A DNA stretch of 64,000 nucleotides, from contig DFBX01000123.1 of NCBI GenBank assembly GCA_002366795.1, positions 83,348 through 147,347 of the forward strand. Reading direction: 5' to 3'. Source of the stretch: Rhodobacteraceae bacterium UBA3069 (lineage in GTDB: Bacteria; Pseudomonadota; Alphaproteobacteria; Rhodobacterales; Rhodobacteraceae). The stretch's first letter is position 1; each line of letters begins with the position of its first letter. Below the pieces are notes generated by a model, which saw only the letters and a program-made list of their open reading frames with translations, made no database searches and was not told where the DNA came from. A program made the position numbers and the translations under genes. Below are positions 1 through 9,099 of this stretch, piece after piece.

Positions 1-1502
1 TCGTTCAGCGCGGCATGGGTCTCAGGCGCCATTGGCGGCTGCTGATAATCGGCCAGCATTTTCGACACACGGGCCGAGGCAAGCGTCATGGTGTCCCGCG
101 CGCCCTCGTCCGACCAGGTTTCGAAAGGCTTGTAATCCAGCACATCGCTGCGCCAGAAGGCTTCCTTGAAATTGGCCTGGGTATGGGCGCAGCCAAGGTA
201 GTGACCGCCGGGGCCGACCTCGCGGATGGCGTCCATCGCCTGCCCGTTCTCGTCCATCGCGACACCGGCCGCCATCTTGTGCAGCGTGCCCAGCTGATCC
301 GCGTCCATCACGAATTTTTCGTAGGACGACACCAGCCCGCCTTCCAGCCAGCCGCAGGAGTGCAGCATGAAGTTGACCCCCGACAAAAGTCCCATGTTCA
401 GCGAGTTTGCGGATTCATAGCCAGCCTGCGCATCGGGCAGTTTCGATCCGGTAAACCCGCCCGACGACCGGTATGGCAGCCCCATGCGCCGCGCCAACTG
501 CCCGGCCCCATAGGTGATTTGCGCCGCTTCCGGCGTGCCAAAAGTGGGCGCGCCCGAATTCATGTCGATCGAGGTGACGAAGGCCCCAAAGATCACAGGC
601 GTGCCTTTGCGGATCAACTGGGAATAGGCGATTCCGGCCATGACTTCGGCCATCACCTGCGTCAGCGTGCCCGCCACCGATACCGGCGCCATGGCCCCGC
701 CGACGATGAAGGGCGAAATGATCGCGGCCTGGTTGTTGCGGGCGTATACCTCAAGGCTGCCCATCATCACATCGTCGAAGGTCAACGGCGAGTTGATGTT
801 GATGAGCGAGGTCATCACCGTGTTTTCCTGCACGAAATCCTTACCGAACAGGATCTCGCACATATCGACCGAATCCTGCGCGCGACTGGGTTCCGTGACC
901 GAACCCATGAAGGGTTTATCGGACAGGGTCATGTGGGCCAGCAGCATGTCCAGATGGCGCTTGTTCACCGCGACATCGGTCGGCTCGCACACGGTGCCGC
1001 CGGAATGGTGCAGCCATTTGGACATATAGCCCAGCTTCACGAAATTGCGGAAATCCTCCATCGTGGCATAGCGGCGACCGCCCCGCCCGTCGGACACGAA
1101 CGGCGGGCCGTAAACTGGTGCCAGCACAAGGTTTTTCCCGCCGATCACCACGTTGCGCGCCGGGTTGCGCGCGTGTTGGGTGAATTCCTTGGGGGCGGTC
1201 TGGCACAGCTGGCGGGCCAGGCCGCGGGGGATGCGCACGCGCTCTCCCTTCACATCGGCGCCAGCCTCGCGCCAGCGGTCAAGCGCGGCGGGGTTGTTGA
1301 CGAAATTCACGCCGATCTCTTCCAGCACCGCTTCGGCGTTGGTTTCGATGATTTCAAGCGCCTCTTCGTTCAGGCTTTCGAAATTGGGGATGTTGCGCGT
1401 GATATATTGCGCCGTTTCGAAAGAAATCGCGCTGCGTGCCGCGCGGCGCGCCGAACCGCCGCCACCCCGTGCGCGTCTGGACTGAATTTGTGCATCTGCC
1501 AT
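1..1502 (-). CDS. MttB-superfamily (trimethylamine methyltransferase-like, non-pyrrolysine type) methyltransferase; C-terminus lies beyond the window edge
   Basis: Absent from the ORF track because no stop lies in the window. Manual minus-strand translation from ATG 1500-1502 (GAGGG upstream) gives MADAQIQSRRARGGGGSARRAARSAISFETAQYITRNIPNFESLNEEALEIIETNAEAVLEEIGVNF...SPFIVGGAMAPVSVAGTLTQ...GPGGHYLGCAHTQANF. It stays open to position 1 with no in-frame TAG. Confidence 0.8.
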   Translation of the reverse strand, partial: MADAQIQSRRARGGGGSARRAARSAISFETAQYITRNIPNFESLNEEALEIIETNAEAVLEEIGVNFVNNPAALDRWREAGADVKGERVRIPRGLARQLCQTAPKEFTQHARNPARNVVIGGKNLVLAPVYGPPFVSDGRGGRRYATMEDFRNFVKLGYMSKWLHHSGGTVCEPTDVAVNKRHLDMLLAHMTLSDKPFMGSVTEPSRAQDSVDMCEILFGKDFVQENTVMTSLININSPLTFDDVMMGSLEVYARNNQAAIISPFIVGGAMAPVSVAGTLTQVMAEVMAGIAYSQLIRKGTPVIFGAFVTSIDMNSGAPTFGTPEAAQITYGAGQLARRMGLPYRSSGGFTGSKLPDAQAGYESANSLNMGLLSGVNFMLHSCGWLEGGLVSSYEKFVMDADQLGTLHKMAAGVAMDENGQAMDAIREVGPGGHYLGCAHTQANFKEAFWRSDVLDYKPFETWSDEGARDTMTLASARVSKMLADYQQPPMAPETHAALN

Positions 1503-1732
1503 GGCAAACCCTCTGATTCCGGCCCGAAGCCGGGCGCCTGCCCCCTTTAACTATCCTCCCGTGGCGCGCTGACTTGGGCAGATAACGGCCATTAACGCGC
1601 GAAAACGACATACATGGCCAGCCATGCCGCAAAAGATTCCGACAATCCTTGGCAACCATGCCGATCCAAAGAAAGTATTAAGCCTTGAATGCGACCCTTG
1701 ATCGGACCCGGATACCGACCAGAGGTTCAGCC

Positions 1733-2599
1733 ATGTCCCGCCCGTTGATTTGCACCTTCAGCCTTGCCTTGCTTGCCAGCCCCGCCTTTGCAGCACCGCC
1801 CGTTTGCGAGGGCTTCGGCCCGCAGACCCCGCGTGACATCGGCCAGCGCGGCGGGCGCAACCTGAGCTATTTCAACATGGCCCCGCCCGCGGCAGAGTTG
1901 AACCTGTGCAATATCCACACCCACACCAATGCCGAACACAAGGGGCCGGGCTTTGCGATCTATGCCGGGCCGGGCGAACATGGCGGATATAAGTGCAACG
2001 AATCCGCCAGCCTGACCGACAGCGAACTGTCGTCGCCGGCCAGAGCGAAGGCGCATGTGACACCGGCCGCGGCAGGCGGTCACGGCGATGGTCAAAGCAC
2101 CGACATCGGCCAAGGCAAACAGCATTCAGGATTCACCGGGGTGCAGCCTGGCGACACGATTGAGGTGCATTGGGTCTATTCCTCTTGCGATGTGTTTCCC
2201 GGTTCGGGGCTCAGCTCCTGCTCGATCCCCGATGTGTGCCTGAACCCGCAACTGCGCGTGGAAAGCCAAGTTTTTCTGGTGGTGAATGACCCGAATGCAT
2301 CGGATTTCAACGATTTCGCCTATGGCGGCCTGTCCGGCAACGGGCGGCACCAGCCCCGCAGCCTGCCGCGCGGGTCTGGCACCCCCGTGGAATTCGCGGG
2401 CTCTACGACCGGCACCAGCTATGACAACGATACATGTTCGCCGTTCCAGGTAACGTGGAGCGTGCGGCCCGCCTGCCTGAAGCTGGATATCAGTTCGCTC
2501 AACCGGTGGGGCGACAGTGGAAACCCGTTTTACGAAACCCACTCCCACGGGGTGCGCGAACTGGTCACGGACCCGGCGCTTCTGGCCCCGATCCGCTGA
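1733..2599 (+). CDS. Secreted protein, possibly delta-class carbonic-anhydrase-like
   Basis: ATG at 1733 with GAGG upstream. Signal peptide MSRPLICTFSLALLASPAFA. His motifs NIHTHTNAEHKG and IEVHWVYSSC resemble HxH...H zinc ligand sets, and the protein is Cys-rich. The track ORF from 1685 starts at TTG. Confidence 0.6.
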   Translation: MSRPLICTFSLALLASPAFAAPPVCEGFGPQTPRDIGQRGGRNLSYFNMAPPAAELNLCNIHTHTNAEHKGPGFAIYAGPGEHGGYKCNESASLTDSELSSPARAKAHVTPAAAGGHGDGQSTDIGQGKQHSGFTGVQPGDTIEVHWVYSSCDVFPGSGLSSCSIPDVCLNPQLRVESQVFLVVNDPNASDFNDFAYGGLSGNGRHQPRSLPRGSGTPVEFAGSTTGTSYDNDTCSPFQVTWSVRPACLKLDISSLNRWGDSGNPFYETHSHGVRELVTDPALLAPIR

Positions 2600-2679
2600 A
2601 ATGCGGATTGGCCTGGTGCAAGACACAGGCGTTGCCCATGCGTTAACCTTTCCTGCTCCAAGCAAGGAAAGGAAAGGAA

Positions 2680-2889
2680 ATGGGCTGCAAAGCCAAGAAA
2701 ACACCCCTGCACGGGTTTGTCGGCGGCATCACCGTGGTCGCGGCCCTGGCCGGGTTTGTCGGCGGCTTCTTGTTGAACTCGACCACCATTGTTGTGACCG
2801 CGGCGGTTCTGATCATCGGGATCACGTTGGTCAACGTGCTGGCAATTTTTTTCAACCCTCCCTGTGGGTTCGGACAGGCGAAACGATAA
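2680..2889 (+). CDS. Small (69 aa) two-helix membrane protein, uncharacterised
   Basis: ATG preceded by AAGGAAAGGAAAGGAA. GC-rich third codon positions. Hydrophobic sequence with an internal GFVGG duplication (gggtttgtcggcggc occurs twice). Confidence 0.55.
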   Translation: MGCKAKKTPLHGFVGGITVVAALAGFVGGFLLNSTTIVVTAAVLIIGITLVNVLAIFFNPPCGFGQAKR

Positions 2890-3028
2890 AACGGGTGACA
2901 TAACACATTCCGGTCACCTAATATCTTGATTCTAGAATGTCACTAAGAAGGCGCGACAACCGGGCGGACCGGCACACCCAACAATAAGCGCGGCCAGAGA
3001 AGAGAGCCGCACATAGGGAGAGAAATAT

Positions 3029-4289
3029 ATGATATTCAATACCTTGCAGCGCGGACTTAAAGCCTGCGCGATTGCATCTTGCGGCCTGCTGGCAAGCCAG
3101 GCACAGGCAACCAACGGTTATATCGCCAACGGATACGGCGGCGCGTCCAAAGGGATGGCGGGCGCAGGCGTGGCCGTGCCGTCGGGCGTGCTGGGTCAGG
3201 CAGAACCCGGCCTTGGGGCGCAAAGTCGGCAACCAGGCCGGGTTCTGCCTGACCCATTTCCTGCCGGACCGTTCGGTCACGGTGGCCCCCGGCGGGCCGC
3301 TGACCCCCGGCACCCATGAAAGCCGGAACAACTATTTCGCCATTCCCTGTGGCGGCGGCAACTGGAACATCGGTGATCGGGCTTCGGTCGGGATTTTCAT
3401 GTTCGGCAATGGCGGGATGAACACCGAATTCGCGACCAATTTCTTTGCCGGCCTGGGTGCGGGCACCGCCCCATTGGGCGTCAATCTGGAACAGGCCTTT
3501 GTCAGCGTGAACTTCAGCTATCAGGTCAATGACCAGCTTAGCCTTGGCATCGCGCCGGTTCTGGCGATCCAGCGGTTCAGCGCCACAGGGCTGGAGGCTT
3601 TTGCCGGAATGTCCGCCGATCCAGCCAATGTCACGGGCAATGGCGATGATTGGTCCACCGGGCTGGGCGTCAATGTCGGCCTTCTGTTCGAAGCCAACCA
3701 GAACTGGAGCTTTGGCGCTTCGTACCGGTCGAAGATCGACATGGACCCCCTTGGTAAATATGCAGGATTGTTCGCAGAGGGCGGCGATTTCGATGTGCCC
3801 GCGGTGGCCACTGTCGGCGCGGCCTATAACCTGCCGGGCGACCGCCGCTGGACCGTGACGGGTGAATACCAGCGTTTTTTCTACGGCGACATCCCCGCGC
3901 TGGCCAATCCGAACGCCCCGCCGCTTGGCCCGCTTGGCACTGCGAACGGGCTGGGTTTCGGATGGAAGGACATGGATGTGCTGCGCATCGGCGCCGTGTT
4001 CCGCGCCAATGACAAATGGACGCTGCGCGGCGGCGTGTCTTGGAATTCGGGCTTCATCGACCCGTCCTCGGCCGTGGTTAACACCATCGCGCCGGCGACC
4101 CCGGTCTGGCATGCTTCGCTTGGGGCCAGCTATCGCATCAACGAGCGTTGGGGGCTGACCATGTCCTACACCCATGCCTTCATGAATGATGTGACCGGAT
4201 CGAACCCCGCACTGACCGGTGTAGCGCAGCCCGTGACCATCCGCATGAAGCAGGATGAGATCGCCATGGGCATGACCTATCGCTGGTAA
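3029..4289 (+). pseudogene. FadL/TodX/OMPP1-family outer-membrane transporter, frameshifted near 3200
   Basis: Signal peptide plus ATNGYIANGYGGASKGMAGAGVAVPSGVLGQA is in the frame of ORF 3029..3319. QNPALGRKVGNQAGF...MTYRW is in the frame of ORF 3072..4289. The NPAL motif and the terminal aromatic residue are typical of FadL. Confidence 0.8.
3193..3255. repeat. Perfect 20-bp inverted repeat with a 23-nt spacer inside the FadL-family gene
   Basis: gggtcaggcagaacccggcc (3193-3212) and its exact reverse complement ggccgggttctgcctgaccc (3236-3255). Confidence 0.95.
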
Positions 4290-4349
4290 AGCCCTGCCCG
4301 CGCCCGCATCCCTCTTGCAAGGATCGCGGGCGCGGTTTACGAGGCTGGA

Positions 4350-5921
4350 ATGAGCCAGACATCCCATGACCGCCTTCTTATCATAGACTTCGGCAGCCAG
4401 GTGACGCAGCTGATCGCGCGCCGCCTGCGTGAATTGAACGTCTATTGTGAAATCCACCCCTATCAGAACGTGAGCGACGCCTTCCTGGCCGATTTCGCGC
4501 CCAAGGCCGTGATCTTTTCCGGCGGGCCGGATTCGGTGATGCGCGACGGGTCGCCCCGGCCGTCGCAATCGGTCTATGATCTGGGCGTGCCGATCCTTGG
4601 GATCTGCTATGGCCAGCAGGTCATGATGCACGATCTGGGCGGCCGCGTTGAGGCGGGCGAACATGCCACGGCAGAATTTGGCCGCGCCTATGTCACCGCT
4701 GCTGAACGGCATAGCGATTTCCTGAACGGCTGGTTCATGGATGGCACCGGCAAGGAGCAGGTCTGGATGAGCCATGGCGACCATGTCGCTGAAATCGCAC
4801 CCGGATTCGAGGTTTACGGAACATCCCCCGGTGCGCCTTTTGCCATTGCCGCCGATCTGGATCGCCGGTTCTACGCCGTCCAATTCCACCCCGAGGTCCA
4901 CCACACCCCGAACGGCGCGACGCTATACGAAAACTTTGTCAAGTTGGCCGGTTTCAAGGGCGATTGGACCATGGGTGCCTACCGCGAGGAAATGATCGCC
5001 AAGATACGCGAGCAGGTCGGCGATAAGCAGGTGATCTGCGCGCTGTCCGGCGGCGTCGATTCTTCGGTCACCGGCATCCTGTTGCACGAGGCGATCGGCG
5101 ATCAGCTGACTTGCGTTTTCGTGGACCATGGGCTGTTGCGCCTGAACGAGGCCGAGCAGGTCGTCGCCATGTTCCGCGACAATTATAACCTGAACCTGAT
5201 TCACGCCGACGAATCCGACCTGTTCCTAGGCGAGTTGGAAGGCGTCTCTGACCCCGAAACCAAGCGCAAGATCATCGGCAAGCTGTTCATCGACGTGTTC
5301 CAGAAATATGCCGACCAGATCGAGGGCGCTGAATTCCTGGCGCAGGGCACGCTTTATCCCGACGTGATCGAATCTGTCAGCTTCAGCGGCGGCCCCTCGG
5401 TGACGATCAAATCGCACCACAACGTGGGCGGCCTGCCGGAAAAGATGGGCCTGAAACTGGTCGAACCGCTGCGCGAACTGTTCAAGGACGAAGTCCGCGC
5501 GCTGGGTCACGAATTGGGCCTGCCTGCCAGCTTCATCGGGCGCCACCCCTTCCCCGGCCCCGGTCTGGCGATCCGTTGTCCCGGTGAAATCACCCGCGAA
5601 AAGCTGGACGTCCTGCGCAAGGCCGATGCCGTCTATATCGACCAGATCCGCAAGCATGGGCTTTACGATGAAATCTGGCAGGCCTTTGCCGCCATTCTGC
5701 CGATGCGCACCGTGGGCGTGATGGGCGATGGGCGCACCTATGATTACGCGCTGGCACTGCGTGCGGTGACATCCGTTGATGGTATGACCGCCGATTACTA
5801 CCCGTTCACCCATGACTTCCTTGGCGAAACCTCGACCCGGATCATCAACGAGGTGAAGGGCGTGAACCGCGTGTTCTACGACTGCACCTCGAAACCTCCC
5901 GGCACGATCGAGATGGAGTGA
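4350..5921 (+). CDS. guaA: GMP synthase (glutamine-hydrolysing)
   Basis: 523 aa. Starts [34 protein letters not shown], contains SGGVDSS, ends KPPGTIEME. Confidence 0.97.
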   Translation: MSQTSHDRLLIIDFGSQVTQLIARRLRELNVYCEIHPYQNVSDAFLADFAPKAVIFSGGPDSVMRDGSPRPSQSVYDLGVPILGICYGQQVMMHDLGGRVEAGEHATAEFGRAYVTAAERHSDFLNGWFMDGTGKEQVWMSHGDHVAEIAPGFEVYGTSPGAPFAIAADLDRRFYAVQFHPEVHHTPNGATLYENFVKLAGFKGDWTMGAYREEMIAKIREQVGDKQVICALSGGVDSSVTGILLHEAIGDQLTCVFVDHGLLRLNEAEQVVAMFRDNYNLNLIHADESDLFLGELEGVSDPETKRKIIGKLFIDVFQKYADQIEGAEFLAQGTLYPDVIESVSFSGGPSVTIKSHHNVGGLPEKMGLKLVEPLRELFKDEVRALGHELGLPASFIGRHPFPGPGLAIRCPGEITREKLDVLRKADAVYIDQIRKHGLYDEIWQAFAAILPMRTVGVMGDGRTYDYALALRAVTSVDGMTADYYPFTHDFLGETSTRIINEVKGVNRVFYDCTSKPPGTIEME

Positions 5922-5932
5922 TCCTTTACCGA

Positions 5933-5971
5933 CCTGCTCAGCCCTTCATCACTTGGGGCGGGCTGAGCAGG
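5933..5971 (+). terminator. Hairpin after guaA (12-bp stem, no clear U-tract)
   Basis: cctgctcagccc (5933-5944) pairs with gggctgagcagg (5960-5971). Confidence 0.45.
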
Positions 5972-6032
5972 CGGTGCCGCGATGCCTTGTAAGACCGGTA
6001 CGTATTGTTCAGACAGCGAAACAGGAAGTTCC

Positions 6033-6656
6033 ATGATTGTCAGCCACACACACAAGTTCATTTTCATCAAGACCGCCAAGACGGCTGGCACATCGGTCGA
6101 AGTGGACCTTTGCAAGGCCTTGGGGGGTCAGGACGTTGCCACGCCGATCACCCCGCCCGTAGAAGGACACAGCGCGCGCAACTTCCGCTATCGCAAGTTC
6201 GGGATTTTTCCCAAGGCGCTGTACAACCACATGCCCGCTGTCGCGGTTCGCAACTACTTGGGGCGTGCGACCTTTGATTCCTACTTTAAATTCTGCGTCG
6301 AGCGCGAGCCGGTGGACAAATGCATCAGCTACTACTCGATGTATCAAAACAGTCCGGCGCATCGGAACAGCATTTCAGGGCTGAGTTTCGATGCGTTCGT
6401 CCAGACTGGTAAATTCCCCATCGACACGGCGAAATACGTGGACAAGGATGGCGCCTTGCTGGTTGATCGTATCGTCAAATACGAAACCCTGGCCGAGGAG
6501 CTTGCCGAGATCGGGCAATCCTTGGGCCTTGACGTGTCGCTGAAAACCAGGGCGAAAGCCGGCTTTCGCGAAGAGATACAGCCGACCGAGGCGCAAAAGC
6601 GCAAGATTTATGACGCCTTCGGCGCCTCCAATGCTTTTACTGGTTATAGCCTCTGA
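6033..6656 (+). CDS. Sulfotransferase-family protein (family 2-like)
   Basis: ATG 6033 with AGGAAG upstream. N-terminal PAPS-loop-like HKFIFIKTAKTAGTS, later CVEREPVDKCIS. By eye more A/T-rich than its neighbours. The track ORF starts earlier, at 5982. Confidence 0.7.
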   Translation: MIVSHTHKFIFIKTAKTAGTSVEVDLCKALGGQDVATPITPPVEGHSARNFRYRKFGIFPKALYNHMPAVAVRNYLGRATFDSYFKFCVEREPVDKCISYYSMYQNSPAHRNSISGLSFDAFVQTGKFPIDTAKYVDKDGALLVDRIVKYETLAEELAEIGQSLGLDVSLKTRAKAGFREEIQPTEAQKRKIYDAFGASNAFTGYSL

Positions 6657-6769
6657 CCTGATCCGGCAGGTCCGGGGGATGCACCCTCGCCGTTAATAAT
6701 CGCTACGCCAAGACATGAAAAACGCCCCGCAAGCAGATGCCTGCGGGGCGTTTTCTTGTTCGGGTCGGG

Positions 6770-8404
6770 TTAACGCCGCTCGGCGGCGAGACCTTTCCAA
6801 ATTGCGACGCACATCACCAGCAACACCAGCGTGAACGGCAAGCCGGTCGAGATGACCATGGATTGCAGCGACGACAGCCCGCCTGCGGACAGCAGCAGCA
6901 CGATGGCCACCGCCCCTTCGAAGACACACCAGAACACACGCTGGGGTACCGGCGCATCGACCTTGCCGCCCGCGGTGATCGTGTCGATCACAAGGCTTCC
7001 AGAGTCGGACGAGGTCACGAAGAACACGACGACCAGCACGATACCGACCAGCGACGTGATCCCTGCCAGAGGCAGAACATCCAGCATCTTGAACAGCTTA
7101 AGTTCCAACGCGGCATCCTGTGCAGCGGTATAGCCATCCTGAACGACCTGATTGATTGCGACGCCGCCAAAAACGGACATCCACAACACGCAGACCAGCG
7201 ACGGGATCAGCAACACGCAGATGATGAACTCGCGCACCGAACGGCCACGGCTGACGCGGGCGATGAACATGCCGACGAAGGGTGACCAAGAAATCCACCA
7301 CGCCCAGTAGAACGAGGTCCAGCCCTGGCTGAAGTTCACATCCTCGCGCCCGATCGGGTTCGAAAGCGCCGGCAGGTATTGCAGGTAGGCGCCCAGATAG
7401 TCGAAGAAACCGGTCATGATGGCAATCGTCGGCCCGACGATCAGCACGAAACCCAACAGCAGGAACGCAAGGCCCATGTTGATCTCGGACAGGATCTTGA
7501 CGCCGCCGTCCAGGCCCCGCAGGACCGAAATCAGCGCGATGGCGGTAATGGCGGAAATCAGCACCACCTCGGTGGTCTTGCTGACGGGAATACCGAACAG
7601 CTCGTTCAGGCCGGCATTGGCCTGCGTTGCACCGAACCCAAGCGATGTCGCCAGACCGAACAGCGTGGCGAACACCGCCAGCACGTCGATGATATGGCCC
7701 GGCCAGCCCCAGACCCGGTCCCCGAGGATCGGATAGAAAGCAGACCGGATCGTCAGCGGCAAGCCCTTGTTAAAGCTGAACAATGCCAGTGCCAGCGCAA
7801 CGATGGCATAGATCGCCCAAGGGTGCAGACCCCAGTGAAAGATCGTGGCAGCCATGCCAAGGCGGATCGCCTCTTCGGCGTTGCCCTCTGCCCCGCCAAG
7901 CGGTGCCCAGTCGGTGCGCACGCCGTTCTCGACCGAAATCCCGCCCATGGAGGAGGAAAAATGGCTCATCGGTTCGGACACGCCATAGAACATGAGGCCG
8001 ATCCCCATGCCCGCGGCGAACAGCATCGCGAACCAGCCGACATAGCTGTAATCGGGCGTGGCATCCGCCCCGCCCAGCCTGATCTTGCCATAGGGCGACA
8101 CGATCAGCACAAGACAGAATATCACGAAAATATCCGTCGCCCCGATGAAGAACCAGTCAAACCCCTTGGTCACGGCCGAAAACAACCATGAGAATGCGTT
8201 CCCGGCCTGTTCCGGCAGGGCCAGCGTGTAGAACACGAAAGCGATAATGCTAAGCCCGGAAATCAGGAAAACCGGGTTGTGGATATCGACGCCGAACGGG
8301 CCGACACTCGTTTCAATATTGTCCTGACCGATCTCGTAATCGGTATCGATCAGGCCGGAATGGCCCTCGGGCGCGGGTATGCCCTGATTTGTTTCATCCG
8401 TCAT
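6770..8404 (-). CDS. BCCT-family (betaine/carnitine/choline) transporter
   Basis: 544 aa, multi-TM, contains GWFAMLFAAGMGIGLMFYGVSEP. AAGGAGG sits upstream of the ATG. Confidence 0.93.
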   Translation of the reverse strand: MTDETNQGIPAPEGHSGLIDTDYEIGQDNIETSVGPFGVDIHNPVFLISGLSIIAFVFYTLALPEQAGNAFSWLFSAVTKGFDWFFIGATDIFVIFCLVLIVSPYGKIRLGGADATPDYSYVGWFAMLFAAGMGIGLMFYGVSEPMSHFSSSMGGISVENGVRTDWAPLGGAEGNAEEAIRLGMAATIFHWGLHPWAIYAIVALALALFSFNKGLPLTIRSAFYPILGDRVWGWPGHIIDVLAVFATLFGLATSLGFGATQANAGLNELFGIPVSKTTEVVLISAITAIALISVLRGLDGGVKILSEINMGLAFLLLGFVLIVGPTIAIMTGFFDYLGAYLQYLPALSNPIGREDVNFSQGWTSFYWAWWISWSPFVGMFIARVSRGRSVREFIICVLLIPSLVCVLWMSVFGGVAINQVVQDGYTAAQDAALELKLFKMLDVLPLAGITSLVGIVLVVVFFVTSSDSGSLVIDTITAGGKVDAPVPQRVFWCVFEGAVAIVLLLSAGGLSSLQSMVISTGLPFTLVLLVMCVAIWKGLAAERR

Positions 8405-8467
8405 GGATGTCCCTCCTTATGTTGGCTGCGCCGCCTCTGGATCGGGCGGCTAAAGCGTGTAAATGCG

Positions 8468-8884
8468 TCAGTCGCGCACCAGCATCACGCTGCAATCGGC
8501 ATGTGTGGCCAGCTTTCCGCCGTTTGACGGCCAGATCCAGTCGGTAAGGCGGTGGTGGTGCGTTTGCATCACCACAAGATCCGCGCCGCTGTCCTTGGTG
8601 GTCTGGATCAGCGCATCGTCCAATTCAGTCGTGGGATCGTGGCTGATTTCGGCCAGGCTGTCGGCGATGATGCCATGGGCCGCGGCTTGCTCTGCGGCAA
8701 AGGCGGCCAGCTTTTCAGCGAACTCTTCGGTCGTGTGGCCCAGGCTTCCGGGGGTGCGGGCGGTCACCCCGACAAAGGTGACCTTGGCGGACCAAAGTGC
8801 GGCAAGCGCCCCGGCCGTGCCAAGCGCCTTTTCGACCGCACCCGGATGGGCCAGATCGACCGGCACCATGATATGGCTGTACAT
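8468..8884 (-). CDS. Universal stress protein family
   Basis: Internal ATG at 8884 preceded by AAGGAGG. MYSHIMVPVDLAH...DLVVMQTHHH...THADCSVMLVRD. Confidence 0.85.
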   Translation of the reverse strand: MYSHIMVPVDLAHPGAVEKALGTAGALAALWSAKVTFVGVTARTPGSLGHTTEEFAEKLAAFAAEQAAAHGIIADSLAEISHDPTTELDDALIQTTKDSGADLVVMQTHHHRLTDWIWPSNGGKLATHADCSVMLVRD

Positions 8885-9099
8885 CGTTCCCTCCTTGTTA
8901 TTCTTTTCCGGCGCGAATCTTGCGCCCGGATACGTTTTGACACGCATATCCGAAAGCATAGCGGCCGTGTTCATTGTGACAACCCAAGCGTGGAGCCATC
9001 GCCCCATAGCGCTTCTACAGGGGCTGAAAGCGACGAATCCGGCTGGACGCGGCGCGCGAATCCCCCTCACATCACCGCTTCGGTCCGGAGGAGGCGAAG

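Noticed and set aside
15-1550. 511-aa plus-strand ORF, the longest ORF at the left edge
   Set aside because: Its translation is Arg/Gly/His-rich low-complexity sequence with no recognisable family. The opposite strand encodes a clean MttB-family protein over the same span. This is a typical antisense open frame in high-GC DNA.
3057-4904. 615-aa minus-strand ORF spanning the FadL-family gene and guaA. Similar long antisense ORFs lie at 11879-13375, 23092-24606, 39180-40754, 41060-42643, 44548-45978, 52719-53987 and 57815-59149.
   Set aside because: All lie opposite well-recognised genes, cross gene boundaries, and translate to Arg/Gly/Ala/His-rich sequence without motifs. They are high-GC artefacts.
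8925-8945. TTGACacgcATATC upstream of the universal stress protein gene, considered as an FNR/CRP-type site
   Set aside because: The right half-site mismatches the TTGAT-N4-ATCAA consensus at three positions.
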